Notes: generated from the sequence alone by a model not told the origin. DNA of 64,000 nucleotides from a virus (IMGVR_UViG_3300029705_006930), one strand, 5' to 3'; positions 43,917-54,480 are shown, counted from the first letter of the stretch. A program made the numbers and translations.

Positions 43917-45379
43917 ATGTATTGTTGCAAAAAATTAATGAACATCGTGGTGAAATTGAAGCCCCATTTGTTTTTTGTTTATGGAAGAATCCGGATTTAT
44001 ATGATGATTATAAATTTGTAAACGAAAAAGAAGACGATATCATTCGTAATCCTGATGCACAGTTTTATTTCAATTTAGGTAGAGCACTGTATAAAGCTGG
44101 ATATCGCAATTTTGACCATATTGCTGTCTACACTTTTCTTCAAGACAAAGAAACAATAAAAAAGCAGTTTGACAGTTATGGTGGTTTCAAAGAAGTTGAA
44201 GAATTTAAAGGCTTAGTCAGCATAGAGAATGTTAATGCATATTTTGATAAAGTAGCAAGACTTAATATTCTTGATGAAATGTGCAAGATGATGTTTTCAT
44301 CATTTGATAAACTTGAAAAGTTTGATAGGATGACAAGTCAGCAGATTTACGATTATTTTGAGTACAAATTAAATGACATTAGTATCACCGCAACGCATGA
44401 TGTTGAAGAAGAAAGTTTGGTCATTGATGATGCTTTTATTGAAGAGTGCAATAGCGGTGATACTGTTGGAATCAGTTATGGCAAGCAGTGCCCATTATTG
44501 AATTATTTAACATTAGGAGTTCCACTTGGTGAAATGTATATGATTGCTGGACATAGTGGTGCAGGCAAATCTAGTTTTGCATTTGAAAATATGGCTATTC
44601 CAATGGCCCAAGACGGCATAAAGGTAGCTATTGTTTCTAATGAAATGCGAAGCAAAGATTATAAAGTAATGTTACTTGCCCATATATTAACAAAAGACCT
44701 AAATTATTGGGGCTTGACACGCAAACAAATAAAAATAGGCCACTTTACAGACGAACAAAAGATAATGATTGCCAAGGCACAAAAAATTAGTAAAGAAAAA
44801 TATAGCAATCTCAAATTTGTGAAACTGTTTGATAATGATGTTTCTAAAGTTATGAAATACATCAAGATGAACGCCAAAAAAGGTTATCAGGTTTTTCTAT
44901 GGGACACAATGAAGAGTGATGATAGTCTTGATGAAAAAATGTTTTTGCAATTATTAGTCAATAGCAGAAAGGTTTTTCAGTTGGCATCAAAAGAAAACAT
45001 TGCAATTATTACAACTTATCAGTTGGCACTATATACCGTTAATCAAAGATATTTGGATGCGGGATGTCTTGCAAATGGTAAACAGATAAAAGAAGTGTTT
45101 TCTGAAATGGTTTACATGCGTACTTTATGGGATGACGAATACACAGGCAAAAAATTTGATTGTCGACCATACAATTTACAGCGTAATGCAGAGGGCAAAT
45201 ATACTGGTGTTAAGCAATATGTTGAATTAAACCCAGATAATAAATATATAGTTGTCTTTTTGGATAAGACTCGCAATGATGAAGACAAGCAGCAGGTTTT
45301 ATACGAAGTAAACGGTCGTTTTAATAGCTGGAAAGAAATTGGCCGTTGCAACATAGTTAATGAACATGGAAGGTATTAA
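43907..45379 (+). CDS. DnaB-like replicative DNA helicase
   Basis: Walker A IAGHSGAGKSSFA; RecA-like C-terminal domain preceded by N-terminal helical domain; 490 aa. Confidence 0.6.
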   Translation: MELDVLLQKINEHRGEIEAPFVFCLWKNPDLYDDYKFVNEKEDDIIRNPDAQFYFNLGRALYKAGYRNFDHIAVYTFLQDKETIKKQFDSYGGFKEVEEFKGLVSIENVNAYFDKVARLNILDEMCKMMFSSFDKLEKFDRMTSQQIYDYFEYKLNDISITATHDVEEESLVIDDAFIEECNSGDTVGISYGKQCPLLNYLTLGVPLGEMYMIAGHSGAGKSSFAFENMAIPMAQDGIKVAIVSNEMRSKDYKVMLLAHILTKDLNYWGLTRKQIKIGHFTDEQKIMIAKAQKISKEKYSNLKFVKLFDNDVSKVMKYIKMNAKKGYQVFLWDTMKSDDSLDEKMFLQLLVNSRKVFQLASKENIAIITTYQLALYTVNQRYLDAGCLANGKQIKEVFSEMVYMRTLWDDEYTGKKFDCRPYNLQRNAEGKYTGVKQYVELNPDNKYIVVFLDKTRNDEDKQQVLYEVNGRFNSWKEIGRCNIVNEHGRY

Positions 45380-45381
45380 CA

Positions 45382-46188
45382 ATGAGCAGAAAAGTAAGAA
45401 ACAAAACTGGAGCTGTTTGTTTTAACACCGATGGTAAAGAATTTACATATCTTGATGATGGCACTCGTGATAGACATAACAATATTTTATATAAGGTGAT
45501 ATTCAAAAGTGGATATTCAACTTATGTTCAGGCTAACAAAATAGTCACTGGAAATATTCATGATTATGGCAGTCCAACAATACATGGCGTTGGATGTACT
45601 GATTACAAAGGCGCGTCTTACGAGCCAGAATATAAACTGTGGATTAAAATTTTTCACAGATGTTACAGTACTTCATATCATAAGAGATTTCCATCATACA
45701 CTAATTGTTCAGTTGATTTAAGATGGCATCACTATTCTCATTTTAAAAATGACATCAATAAAATTTGTAATTATAAAGAATGTTTACAATATAATGATGG
45801 GAAACGCCTTGTTATTGATAAAGATATCTTAGTTTATAAAAATAAACAATACTCATTACAAACTTGTTGTATAGTTCCTGAGCCCATCAATATTTTTATC
45901 ACTAATGTTAAATCTGACAATACATCTGGTTTAATCGGAGTGCATAAACGTCATAGTCACTATGTTGTCGTGTTTTCATATAAAAATCAGACAATACAGG
46001 GAGGAACATATAGCAATCCTGTTGATGCTGTCAATGCATATTATCAGCATAAATTATGCAAACTAGCAGATTTGTTAATTCAATATGATTGGATTGATGA
46101 CCGAGTAAAAACAGGATTATATGCATATTTTGATAAACAAAAAGAAGAGCAGCTTCGCATTGCTTTAGCACTTCAAAAAATCAGATAA
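45382..46188 (+). CDS. putative homing endonuclease with AP2-type DNA-binding domain
   Basis: SGLIGVHKRHSHYVVVFSYKNQTIQGGTYSNPVDAVNAYYQ resembles AP2 domains of phage HNH/NUMOD endonucleases. Inserted between helicase and primase genes. Confidence 0.4.
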   Translation: MSRKVRNKTGAVCFNTDGKEFTYLDDGTRDRHNNILYKVIFKSGYSTYVQANKIVTGNIHDYGSPTIHGVGCTDYKGASYEPEYKLWIKIFHRCYSTSYHKRFPSYTNCSVDLRWHHYSHFKNDINKICNYKECLQYNDGKRLVIDKDILVYKNKQYSLQTCCIVPEPINIFITNVKSDNTSGLIGVHKRHSHYVVVFSYKNQTIQGGTYSNPVDAVNAYYQHKLCKLADLLIQYDWIDDRVKTGLYAYFDKQKEEQLRIALALQKIR

Positions 46189-46217
46189 GGCGGTGAGGCT
46201 TTATCAATGTATTACAA

Positions 46218-47234
46218 TTGAATGATTATCTGCAAGCACGTCCGGACGACGTACTTAAAGTCCTTAATTCATTGGGATTACCTAATTTGTCACATAACAG
46301 AGGACGAAATGAAATCAGATATTCATCAAGAGTAGGTAGCAATCCTACCTCAAATATTTTTTATTTAGATACACTTAGGTATTACAGCTTTTCAATGGGT
46401 GAAAGTGGAAATCTTTACACATTGGTGATGAACAATCAGAATTGTAATTTCCCGCAAGCCTTAGAATATGTGGCGCAAGTAGTTGGACTTTCCAAAAATG
46501 AATTCAATACTGAAATCAAATTACCATTTGGTGGCTTCTATAAAAAACTCATAAAACAACAGCGCGAACCTGAGTTGGACATACCTACATATCCTGATTC
46601 GCTCCTTGAGGAATACAACGGGCAGCTAAGTCTACAATTTTTTAATGATGGCATCAATTTCCAAACACAAGAAAAATATCATATTGGGGTTGATTTTTCT
46701 GCAATGCGCATAGCAATTCCACAATGGACAATTAATGGTCAGTTATGCGGAATTATGGGCAGAGCAATGGGAAAAGATGTACCGCATGAAGAACGTTGGC
46801 TACCTATTATTCCGTGCACGAAAAGCTACACATTATTTGGCTATCATCAAAACTATCATAAAATTCAAGAAAAAAATATGTGCATTGTATTTGAAAGTGA
46901 AAAAGCTGTATGTCAGCTTGATAGTTTTGGTTGTTATATTGGACTTGCAACAGGGGGATGTCATATTTCTTCAACACAAGCCAAATATTTGCGTGCATTA
47001 AGAGTTGAAAAAATTATTATTGCTTATGATGAGGGCCTTGATGAAGAACATATTATTGCCCAGGCACAAAGACTTCGCAGTAATGAAAATCAGCTTGTTA
47101 GAGGAGCGAAGATAGGATATATCTGGGACGATAATAATACATATTTGCCACTTGGCAGCAAAATGAATGCAGCTGATGTTGGTAAAGAAAAATTTATAAA
47201 ATTAATCAAAGAAAAAGTGAGGTGGCTCGAATAG
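46218..47234 (+). CDS. DNA primase (TOPRIM domain)
   Basis: TTG start per ORF track; TOPRIM-like EKIIIAYDEGLDEE acidic motif with upstream E in FESEKA; genomic context between helicase and nuclease. Confidence 0.45.
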   Translation: MNDYLQARPDDVLKVLNSLGLPNLSHNRGRNEIRYSSRVGSNPTSNIFYLDTLRYYSFSMGESGNLYTLVMNNQNCNFPQALEYVAQVVGLSKNEFNTEIKLPFGGFYKKLIKQQREPELDIPTYPDSLLEEYNGQLSLQFFNDGINFQTQEKYHIGVDFSAMRIAIPQWTINGQLCGIMGRAMGKDVPHEERWLPIIPCTKSYTLFGYHQNYHKIQEKNMCIVFESEKAVCQLDSFGCYIGLATGGCHISSTQAKYLRALRVEKIIIAYDEGLDEEHIIAQAQRLRSNENQLVRGAKIGYIWDDNNTYLPLGSKMNAADVGKEKFIKLIKEKVRWLE

Positions 47235-48325
47235 CTGTAAGAGAAAAAGATATAACACTTGAAGAATTACAAAAACAAGGTAAAAAATTATATTCAATTT
47301 CAAAAGCAGACACAATTGACCAGTGTCATTATCAGGCATATCTTGCATACATCGTACACAGTAAATCGGTTCCTAATATTTATTCATTAATGGGTTCTAA
47401 AATTCATGACACTTTAGAAGGCATTATGAATCAGAAAAATACAACGGAAGATTTGATTGTAGCTCTAGATAATGAGCTTGAAGATATGCAAATGCTTGGA
47501 TTTGATTTTCCTCGCGATAGCAGAGGAAAAACATCTATCCGTGATAATTGGATAAAAAATATGCGTCATTTCTGTAGCAATTTTATACCGCCACGAGGCG
47601 AGTTTGAAACTGAACAGTTATTTATATATCCACTCACAAAAGACAGATATGTACGAGGTTATATTGACCTTGTTCAGCATCTGGATAAAGATACAAAAAC
47701 AATTTCAATTTGGGACTGGAAAACTTCCTCACAATTTTCTCAGGAAACATTATTGGAACACGGCAGACAGCTTGTTATATATGCCATTGCAAAAGAAGCA
47801 GAAGGCTATACCGTCAAAGACGTAGGCTGGATAATGCTTAAATATGTTGAAATTGTTTTTCAAGGCAAATTGCGCAGAAATTCTAAAGAAAAAACTAAGA
47901 TTACCAAAGTTTGTGACCGTTATAAGATAGTACAAACATTGCAGCCATATTTAGAGCAAGAGCTGATAGAAGCTGGCTATGATGATATAGATATTGAAAT
48001 GTTTATGATAGATGCACTGGAAAATAATTCATTGGATAAGCTTCCAAATGAAATTCGTTCCAAATTTATCATTAAACCATATGTAAGGCGCTATCCGATA
48101 ACCGAAAAGCTCAAACAGGAAACCTTAGATTACATAAATCATCAGGCTGATATTTTTGAGTCATTGCCTAAAAATGATAAATCAGCCTGGAAGCCTAAAG
48201 TGATTGATAAAGGCAATGAATTTTTCTGCAATTATCTTTGTGATTATAAGTCTTCTTGCGAATATATTGCCAGATATAATCTTGAAAAACAGTTGGCAAA
48301 AACTTCAGATGAAGAATTATTTTAG
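47222..48325 (+). CDS. PD-(D/E)XK nuclease, Cas4/RecB-like with C-terminal Cys cluster
   Basis: GYIDLVQH...ISIWDWKTSS (D...D-x-K motif); C-terminal CNYLCDYKSSCEY. Confidence 0.55.
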   Translation: MARIAVREKDITLEELQKQGKKLYSISKADTIDQCHYQAYLAYIVHSKSVPNIYSLMGSKIHDTLEGIMNQKNTTEDLIVALDNELEDMQMLGFDFPRDSRGKTSIRDNWIKNMRHFCSNFIPPRGEFETEQLFIYPLTKDRYVRGYIDLVQHLDKDTKTISIWDWKTSSQFSQETLLEHGRQLVIYAIAKEAEGYTVKDVGWIMLKYVEIVFQGKLRRNSKEKTKITKVCDRYKIVQTLQPYLEQELIEAGYDDIDIEMFMIDALENNSLDKLPNEIRSKFIIKPYVRRYPITEKLKQETLDYINHQADIFESLPKNDKSAWKPKVIDKGNEFFCNYLCDYKSSCEYIARYNLEKQLAKTSDEELF

Positions 48326-48333
48326 GAGGAAAT

Positions 48334-49029
48334 ATGCAGAATTATCATTGCCATACCAGTTATAGTAATTTGTTTTCATTTGACTCTATTGCATCTTATG
48401 AAGATTATGCAAAACGAGCTCAGGAACTTGGGCACAAAGTTATTTCATCTGTCGAACACGGCTGGCAATGTAATTATTATGTACCATATGGCATAGCTCA
48501 AAAATATGGATTGAAATTTGTTTTTGGTACAGAAGCATATTGGGTAAAAGACAGGATAGAAAAAGATAATAAGAATAACCATATTATTATTCTTGCAAAA
48601 AATGAAAACGGCAGACAAGCCATAAATGATATTTTAGCAGAAGCTAATATTACAGGTTACTATTATAAACCACGTTTGGATACAAAACTGATTCTGTCTT
48701 TACCCGCCAATGATGTCTTTATTACAACAGCATGTGTTGGATTTTATGGATATGGTTTTGAAGAAAGTGAAAAATTTATTGTTCAGTTGCATAAGCACTT
48801 TAAAAATAATTTTATGCTTGAAATTCAAAATCATAATACTGACAAGCAAAGAGAATTAAATAACCAAATTAAAAAGTGGTCAAAAAAATACAATATTGAA
48901 ATGATTGTTGGGTTAGATAGTCATTATATATATCCAGAGGATGCTGGTCTTCGTGATGAAGCTCTTAAATCAAAAGGCATTATTTATGAAGATGAATCTG
49001 GTTGGTATTCTAAATGCCGTTTAATTTAG
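48334..49029 (+). CDS. DNA polymerase III alpha-like, PHP-domain part (N-terminal segment)
   Basis: CHTSYS...SVEHG...HIIILA...DSHY PHP-domain His/Asp motifs. Confidence 0.6.
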   Translation: MQNYHCHTSYSNLFSFDSIASYEDYAKRAQELGHKVISSVEHGWQCNYYVPYGIAQKYGLKFVFGTEAYWVKDRIEKDNKNNHIIILAKNENGRQAINDILAEANITGYYYKPRLDTKLILSLPANDVFITTACVGFYGYGFEESEKFIVQLHKHFKNNFMLEIQNHNTDKQRELNNQIKKWSKKYNIEMIVGLDSHYIYPEDAGLRDEALKSKGIIYEDESGWYSKCRLI

Positions 49030-49277
49030 TAATAAATTAAATAATTACTGGGGAAAATCGGTGAAGTCCTCCAATGATATAGGATAATACCGAGGTAAAC
49101 AATAAAATTGCGTAAGGTTTATTGTCACCGTAGAGCATAGATAGTGAATAAATATAATCTATCCAAGAGTCTCCAGCATCCCACCTAAATATAGAGGATG
49201 AAAATATATGCCGAGCTTACATAATGGAAAAATGTAAGAACTATGGGGTAAAAAACCTATAGGATAACAAAACTGAT
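49030..49277 (+). other. 248-nt non-coding interruption inside the Pol III alpha gene; candidate small group I intron
   Basis: ORF1 tail (..ESGWYSKCRLI) and ORF2 head (MDYPSDNECIKRF..) both align to the FYLKSPAEM region of DnaE. Gap contains R-like CAAGAGTCTCC and S-like AAATATAGAGGATG elements and duplicated TATAGGATAA. Confidence 0.35.
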
Positions 49278-51809
49278 ATGGACTATCCCTCTGACAATGA
49301 ATGCATAAAGCGTTTTTTAGACCAAGGAATTTTTACTGAGACAGAAATTCAACGTGCAATGGATAACACAGATATCTGCTTAACATTTGAGAATTTTTAT
49401 TTTAGTAAAGATATTAAACTACCAACTTTATATCCAGACAAGACTCAAGAGGAAAAGAACAAGATATATTCAAGACTGATTACAAAAAAGTTTAAAGAAT
49501 ATATGAAATATGTTCCTGCTGAAGACTATGACAGATATTATCAAGGTGTTAAAGAAGAAGTTCAGGTATATAAAGATACTGGTATGGTTGACTATCCGCT
49601 AATCAACTATGAAGTTATTAAGCGCGGGATTGAATTGGGCGGGGTAATTACAGATAGTGGACGTGGTTCCGCTGTTGGCTTCTTCACAAACACATTGTGT
49701 GGATTCTCAAAAGTTGACCGTTTTACATCTGCAATTCATCTTTATCCAGAGCGCTTTATGTCAACAAGCCGAATATTAGAGTCCGGCTCCCTACCAGATA
49801 TTGACTTTAACGTAGCTAATACTGAGCCTTTTGAACGAGCACAAAAAGAAATACTTGGAGAAGAACATTCATATCCAATGATTGCATTTGGCACTTTGAA
49901 AAAGAAATCTGCTTTTAAGCTTTATGCAAGAGCAAAAGATGTGCCAGCTGCCATTGCAAATGAAATCACAAAACAGATTGAAAAATATGAAAATGATTTA
50001 AAACATGCCGATGATGATGACAGGCGCGATATAAATATCTATGACTATGTAGATGAACAGTATCATGACCATTTGAGACAGAGTGAATCATATTGGGGTA
50101 TCATTTCTGACCGCAAAAAAGCTCCATCGGCACATCTCTTATATCAAGGCAATATTCGTAAAGAAATTGGGCTCATTAAATGTAAGAGTGAAAGTACCAA
50201 GAAGGAATGCATCACTTGTGTTATTGATGGTGCAGTCGCAGAAGAATATAAATTTTTGAAAAATGACCTGCTCACTGTAAATGTGGTGGATATTATTGAC
50301 CGTGTTTTTAAACGTATTGGCATTGAGCATTTTAATGTAAATACATTGTTGGGACTTATTAAAAATGATAAACCGACTTGGGATATTTATGCTAAAGGTT
50401 TGACTATAGGTGTTAACCAATGTGAAAAAGCCTCAACAACAAAAAAAGCAATGCGATATAAACCACGAAACCCATCTGAGCTCTCGGCATTTATAGCAGG
50501 TATTCGTCCAGGCTTTAAATCAATGTATCCGATTTTTGAAAGTAGACAGCCGTTCTCATATGGAGTTGCTACACTGGATAATCTGCTGATTACCGAAGAA
50601 CTTCCGATTCCCTTTATGATTTTCCAGGAACAGACAATGAAAGTCCTTAACTATGCTGGATTTCCAATGGACGAATGCTATGGTCTTATTAAAGCTATCA
50701 GTAAAAAGAAACCAGAAAAGGTAAAAGCAATCAAAGATGATTTTATTAAAAATTTCTGCAAACAAATTCAAGAAGATAATGGACTTGATTTTGAAATTGC
50801 ACAAAATAACAGTGAAAAAGTATGGACAGTAGTAAATGATAACTCAGGTTATGCATTTAACAGTTCTCATGCATACTGTATGGCGTTGGATAGCTTATAT
50901 TGTGCTTATCTCAAATCTCACTATCCTTATGAATTTTATGAGGTACTTCTCACATTTTATTCCAACAAAGGCAACAAAGATAAAGTTGCTGAACTGAAAA
51001 GAGAAATGCTCCAAGGTTTTGGTATCAGAGAAGGCAAGTTTAAGTTTGGCAATGATAATCGCAGCTTTAAAGCCGACAAAGAAAACGGTGTTATATATTC
51101 ATCACTATTATCATTAAAAAATATGAACCAGAAATGTTCTGAGGACTTATATGCTTTATCACAAAAAAAACAATATACAAACTTTTTTACACTGCTCAAA
51201 GATATTAAACAACTTAAGAGTCTGAAATCTGACCAGCTTAATATTTTGATTAATATTGGATATTTTGATGATTTTGGTACAGTCCCACAGATTCAGACAT
51301 TTGTAAAAGCATATGACGACCTTTATGGACGAGCTCAATTTTCCAAAGATAATCTGGATGCTAATTATGCAGCACTTATTGCTGCTGACAGTACGCAGAC
51401 TGAAAAACAATATCGCAACTTTGATTATGAAAATGCATTGCATAAATTGTGGATGCAAATTCCGCCAATTAAATTAGGTTTGCATCAGAAAATTAAAAAC
51501 GAACTTGAATATTTTGGATACATACAAACAATCATACCAAAGCTCTCAGATGAATATGTAGTCGTAACTGATAAGATTGACAAATATTCGAAACTGACGG
51601 TCACGGTTTATGTATTACAGACTGGAGCAATTCATACTTATCGAATGCGAAGCAGAGTTGCAGAGCAATGCGGAACAATTAATGTGGGCGATATTATTAA
51701 ACTGATGAAGTTTAGCGAAGAAAAGAAATGGACAAAAAATGTCAACGGAGATTGGGTACACACAGATGAAACCGAAACACTCATTAAAAAATATGCACTG
51801 ACAAGATGA
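49278..51809 (+). CDS. DNA polymerase III alpha-like catalytic core (C-terminal segment)
   Basis: GRGSAVGFF motif (GRGSAAGS of DnaE palm); 843 aa. Confidence 0.65.
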   Translation: MDYPSDNECIKRFLDQGIFTETEIQRAMDNTDICLTFENFYFSKDIKLPTLYPDKTQEEKNKIYSRLITKKFKEYMKYVPAEDYDRYYQGVKEEVQVYKDTGMVDYPLINYEVIKRGIELGGVITDSGRGSAVGFFTNTLCGFSKVDRFTSAIHLYPERFMSTSRILESGSLPDIDFNVANTEPFERAQKEILGEEHSYPMIAFGTLKKKSAFKLYARAKDVPAAIANEITKQIEKYENDLKHADDDDRRDINIYDYVDEQYHDHLRQSESYWGIISDRKKAPSAHLLYQGNIRKEIGLIKCKSESTKKECITCVIDGAVAEEYKFLKNDLLTVNVVDIIDRVFKRIGIEHFNVNTLLGLIKNDKPTWDIYAKGLTIGVNQCEKASTTKKAMRYKPRNPSELSAFIAGIRPGFKSMYPIFESRQPFSYGVATLDNLLITEELPIPFMIFQEQTMKVLNYAGFPMDECYGLIKAISKKKPEKVKAIKDDFIKNFCKQIQEDNGLDFEIAQNNSEKVWTVVNDNSGYAFNSSHAYCMALDSLYCAYLKSHYPYEFYEVLLTFYSNKGNKDKVAELKREMLQGFGIREGKFKFGNDNRSFKADKENGVIYSSLLSLKNMNQKCSEDLYALSQKKQYTNFFTLLKDIKQLKSLKSDQLNILINIGYFDDFGTVPQIQTFVKAYDDLYGRAQFSKDNLDANYAALIAADSTQTEKQYRNFDYENALHKLWMQIPPIKLGLHQKIKNELEYFGYIQTIIPKLSDEYVVVTDKIDKYSKLTVTVYVLQTGAIHTYRMRSRVAEQCGTINVGDIIKLMKFSEEKKWTKNVNGDWVHTDETETLIKKYALTR

Positions 51810-51868
51810 GGTGATATTGTATAGCATTTACAGCAAAAGAAATTGAATATTTACAACAACATATTACA

Positions 51869-52339
51869 GTGCTTGTCGATACACGTGAAAAGGTATGGGA
51901 ACATATTAGGCAATATCTTATTGCAAATGATATTCCATATAAAATGCAAACACTGCAAAGTGGTGATTATTCCTTCATTTTGGAATATGACGACCAAGTA
52001 CATATATTTGTAAAGCAGATAGTAATTGAACGCAAGAATTCTTTAACAGAACTAGCAGCTTGTTTTTCTACAGAGCGAGCCAGATTTGAACGTGAATTTG
52101 AACGACTTAAAAAATCTAAAACCATGTGTTTTTTACTTGTAGAGAATAGTTCATTCGATGGTATATACAAGGGCAACTATCGCACACAAATGAATCCGAA
52201 ATCATATGAAGCCAGCTTAATATCTTGGCTTACAAAGTATAATATCATTCCAATTTTTTGTGATAAAGAAAATAGTGGACGGGTTATTCATAATATTTTT
52301 AAACAATACTTGCGGAATTACTTGTTAGATAAAATTTAA
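51869..52339 (+). CDS. ERCC4 (XPF/Mus81/Hef)-type nuclease, probable Holliday-junction resolvase
   Basis: LVDTREK...GDYSF...VIERKNSLTELAA matches ERCC4 G-D-x(n)-E-R-K-x3-D. GTG start, no upstream in-frame ATG. Confidence 0.5.
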   Translation: MLVDTREKVWEHIRQYLIANDIPYKMQTLQSGDYSFILEYDDQVHIFVKQIVIERKNSLTELAACFSTERARFEREFERLKKSKTMCFLLVENSSFDGIYKGNYRTQMNPKSYEASLISWLTKYNIIPIFCDKENSGRVIHNIFKQYLRNYLLDKI

Positions 52340-52358
52340 TCATAAAGGAGCAATCACT

Positions 52359-52592
52359 ATGGGAAGAAGAATGGTCAACAATAATGATTTATTTAGCAAC
52401 ACTATACCGATGGAAACTATGTTTCATACTGTTGATGATGAAACTGTTCGGCCATTATATATGATAAGACGAAATCAGATGGGAGAATATTCCTTCTGGG
52501 TTCCTCTTGATGAAACCTGTACAGGATGGAAACACATCAATTCTTCCTATAGCGGTGCTTTTGAAAAGGAGAGAATTAAGTGGGGAAAATAA
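52359..52592 (+). CDS. small hypothetical protein
   Basis: AAAGGAGCAATCACTATG RBS. Confidence 0.4.
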   Translation: MGRRMVNNNDLFSNTIPMETMFHTVDDETVRPLYMIRRNQMGEYSFWVPLDETCTGWKHINSSYSGAFEKERIKWGK

Positions 52593-52798
52593 TAATTTTC
52601 AAAGAAGCAGTCTTTGATACTGTTGTAACTGATACCGAAGAATTTGAAGCACTGATATGGATTGCTAATAAAAAATATAAAGTTTGTGATGAACATAAAT
52701 ATTTTTACATATTGGAAAATGATTTTGATGATACAAAACGTGGTATTTCAAAAGATTTTGAAAACGAACTATATGATGTAATGGAGGTAGATAAATGA
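52580..52798 (+). CDS. small hypothetical protein
   Basis: Overlapping co-directional ORF. Confidence 0.35.
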   Translation: MGKIIIFKEAVFDTVVTDTEEFEALIWIANKKYKVCDEHKYFYILENDFDDTKRGISKDFENELYDVMEVDK

Positions 52799-53475
52799 AA
52801 GTAACATTGATTGCACATACGCCAAATCCAGAAAATGTTGTGGCAACTGCAGCAAAGCTTTGTTATAGCTCTAAAACTTTAACAGAGCTATATGACGAAA
52901 CAATCAATAAAGACAACGAAAAATATTTAAACAAACTTGCAGAACTGGGACATACAAGCCCATTGGAACATGCGACTTTCACCTTTGGCATCGAAGGTGT
53001 TTCCCGCGCTTTGCTTGCACAGATAACACGCCACAGAATTGCATCCTACAGTGTTAAATCTCAACGTTATGTGTCTGAAGTAAATAGTCACTATGTAATT
53101 CCAGATGAAATTATGAAATCATCAGAAGCCCGAATTATCTATGCTGACGCTCTTGATAAAGTTTCAAAAGCCTATGACCAACTTTCAAAACTTGGTATCG
53201 AAAAAGAAGATGCTCGTTTTGTGCTTCCAAATGCAACAGCTACTCAGATGATTGTCACAATGAATGCCCGTAGTTTGTTAAATTTCTTTGGATTGCGTTG
53301 TTGTAACCGAGCACAGTGGGAAATACGAGCACTCGCTGATGAAATGTTGAAATTGTGCCTTGAGGTTGCACCAACATTGTTTGGTAAAGCAGGAGCTTCC
53401 TGTGTGTACGGTACCTGTTCAGAAGGAGCTATGTGTTGTGGCCATCCAAGAAAGGCAGAAGAATATGCAAGATAA
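52795..53475 (+). CDS. thyX: flavin-dependent thymidylate synthase
   Basis: ITRHRIASYSVKSQRY contains the ThyX RHRxxxxxxS motif; 226 aa. Confidence 0.7.
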   Translation: MKVTLIAHTPNPENVVATAAKLCYSSKTLTELYDETINKDNEKYLNKLAELGHTSPLEHATFTFGIEGVSRALLAQITRHRIASYSVKSQRYVSEVNSHYVIPDEIMKSSEARIIYADALDKVSKAYDQLSKLGIEKEDARFVLPNATATQMIVTMNARSLLNFFGLRCCNRAQWEIRALADEMLKLCLEVAPTLFGKAGASCVYGTCSEGAMCCGHPRKAEEYAR

Positions 53476-54025
53476 TTTTATTATTCTTCTTGTTGGTAAA
53501 AGTGGTTCTGGCAAATCAACTATTGCAAATGAACTGGACAATCAGTTTGGTTGGACACAGGTTCAGTCATATACTACACGTCCAAGACGCCATCAGAATG
53601 AAACAGGACATATATTTGTTAACGACGAACAATTTGATAAATTATCTGATTTTGTAGCTTATACAGAATTCAATGGTTTTAGATATGGGGCTACTCAACA
53701 GCAAGTCGAAGATAACCAGATTTATGTTATTGACCCTGCCGGAATCAAATATTTTCAAGAACAATATACAGGCAAAAAAAATATTTACATATATTACATT
53801 GATGTACCCGTACAGACTCGTCTTGAAAGAATGATAAAACGAGGAGACTCTGCAGGTAAGGCATTAAGTCGTCTTAAACATGATAAAGAAGCATTTAAAA
53901 CAATTGATGATATTGAGAATGTAATTTATATCAACAATGAAAATTTATATGATGCTGTATCAAAAGTTCATATTTCTGTTGTGGTACAACAGTGTATGCA
54001 AGATATACAAAAAGAAAAAGACTAA
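53465..54025 (+). CDS. guanylate-kinase-like (d)NMP kinase
   Basis: P-loop GKSGSGKST; YTTRPRR (GMP-kinase TTRxPR motif); start overlaps thyX end. Confidence 0.55.
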   Translation: MQDNFIILLVGKSGSGKSTIANELDNQFGWTQVQSYTTRPRRHQNETGHIFVNDEQFDKLSDFVAYTEFNGFRYGATQQQVEDNQIYVIDPAGIKYFQEQYTGKKNIYIYYIDVPVQTRLERMIKRGDSAGKALSRLKHDKEAFKTIDDIENVIYINNENLYDAVSKVHISVVVQQCMQDIQKEKD

Positions 54026-54040
54026 CTTTGGAGGAATTAT

Positions 54041-54289
54041 ATGCGCTATACAATTAAAAACATTGAGCGTGATGATGCAATGAGACATATACATAAGATG
54101 ATACTTGGGTGTGAATGCGAATTTGATATCAGAATGTTTGATGTAGGTGAAAGTCTGTATTTTAAAGTTTTTACCGAAGATGAAATTCATCGTGAAATCG
54201 TCACAAGCCATATCGAATCAATTACTGAATATGACAATAAACTCATTGTTCAGACACGTAATACAAAATACACTTTTGAAAAAGTTTAA
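54041..54289 (+). CDS. small hypothetical protein
   Basis: TGGAGGAATTATATG RBS. Confidence 0.4.
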   Translation: MRYTIKNIERDDAMRHIHKMILGCECEFDIRMFDVGESLYFKVFTEDEIHREIVTSHIESITEYDNKLIVQTRNTKYTFEKV

Positions 54290-54300
54290 GGAAAATAATA

Positions 54301-54480
54301 ATGAATATATTTTTTTGGCTGCTTGTAATTATTGCAGCAATCATATTGTGGTTTACCCTGCGCAAAATCTTCACTTGCACAGGCAAATATATCAATAAGG
54401 TTTTAGATGACACAAAAGAAATTATGTCATTTGAAGATAAAGAAGATAAAGAAGAAACAAAGAAAAAGGAGATTAACTAA
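54301..54480 (+). CDS. small membrane peptide (59 aa)
   Basis: TM helix IFFWLLVIIAAIILWF then K/E-rich tail; stop overlaps start of SPFH gene. Confidence 0.35.
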   Translation: MNIFFWLLVIIAAIILWFTLRKIFTCTGKYINKVLDDTKEIMSFEDKEDKEETKKKEIN

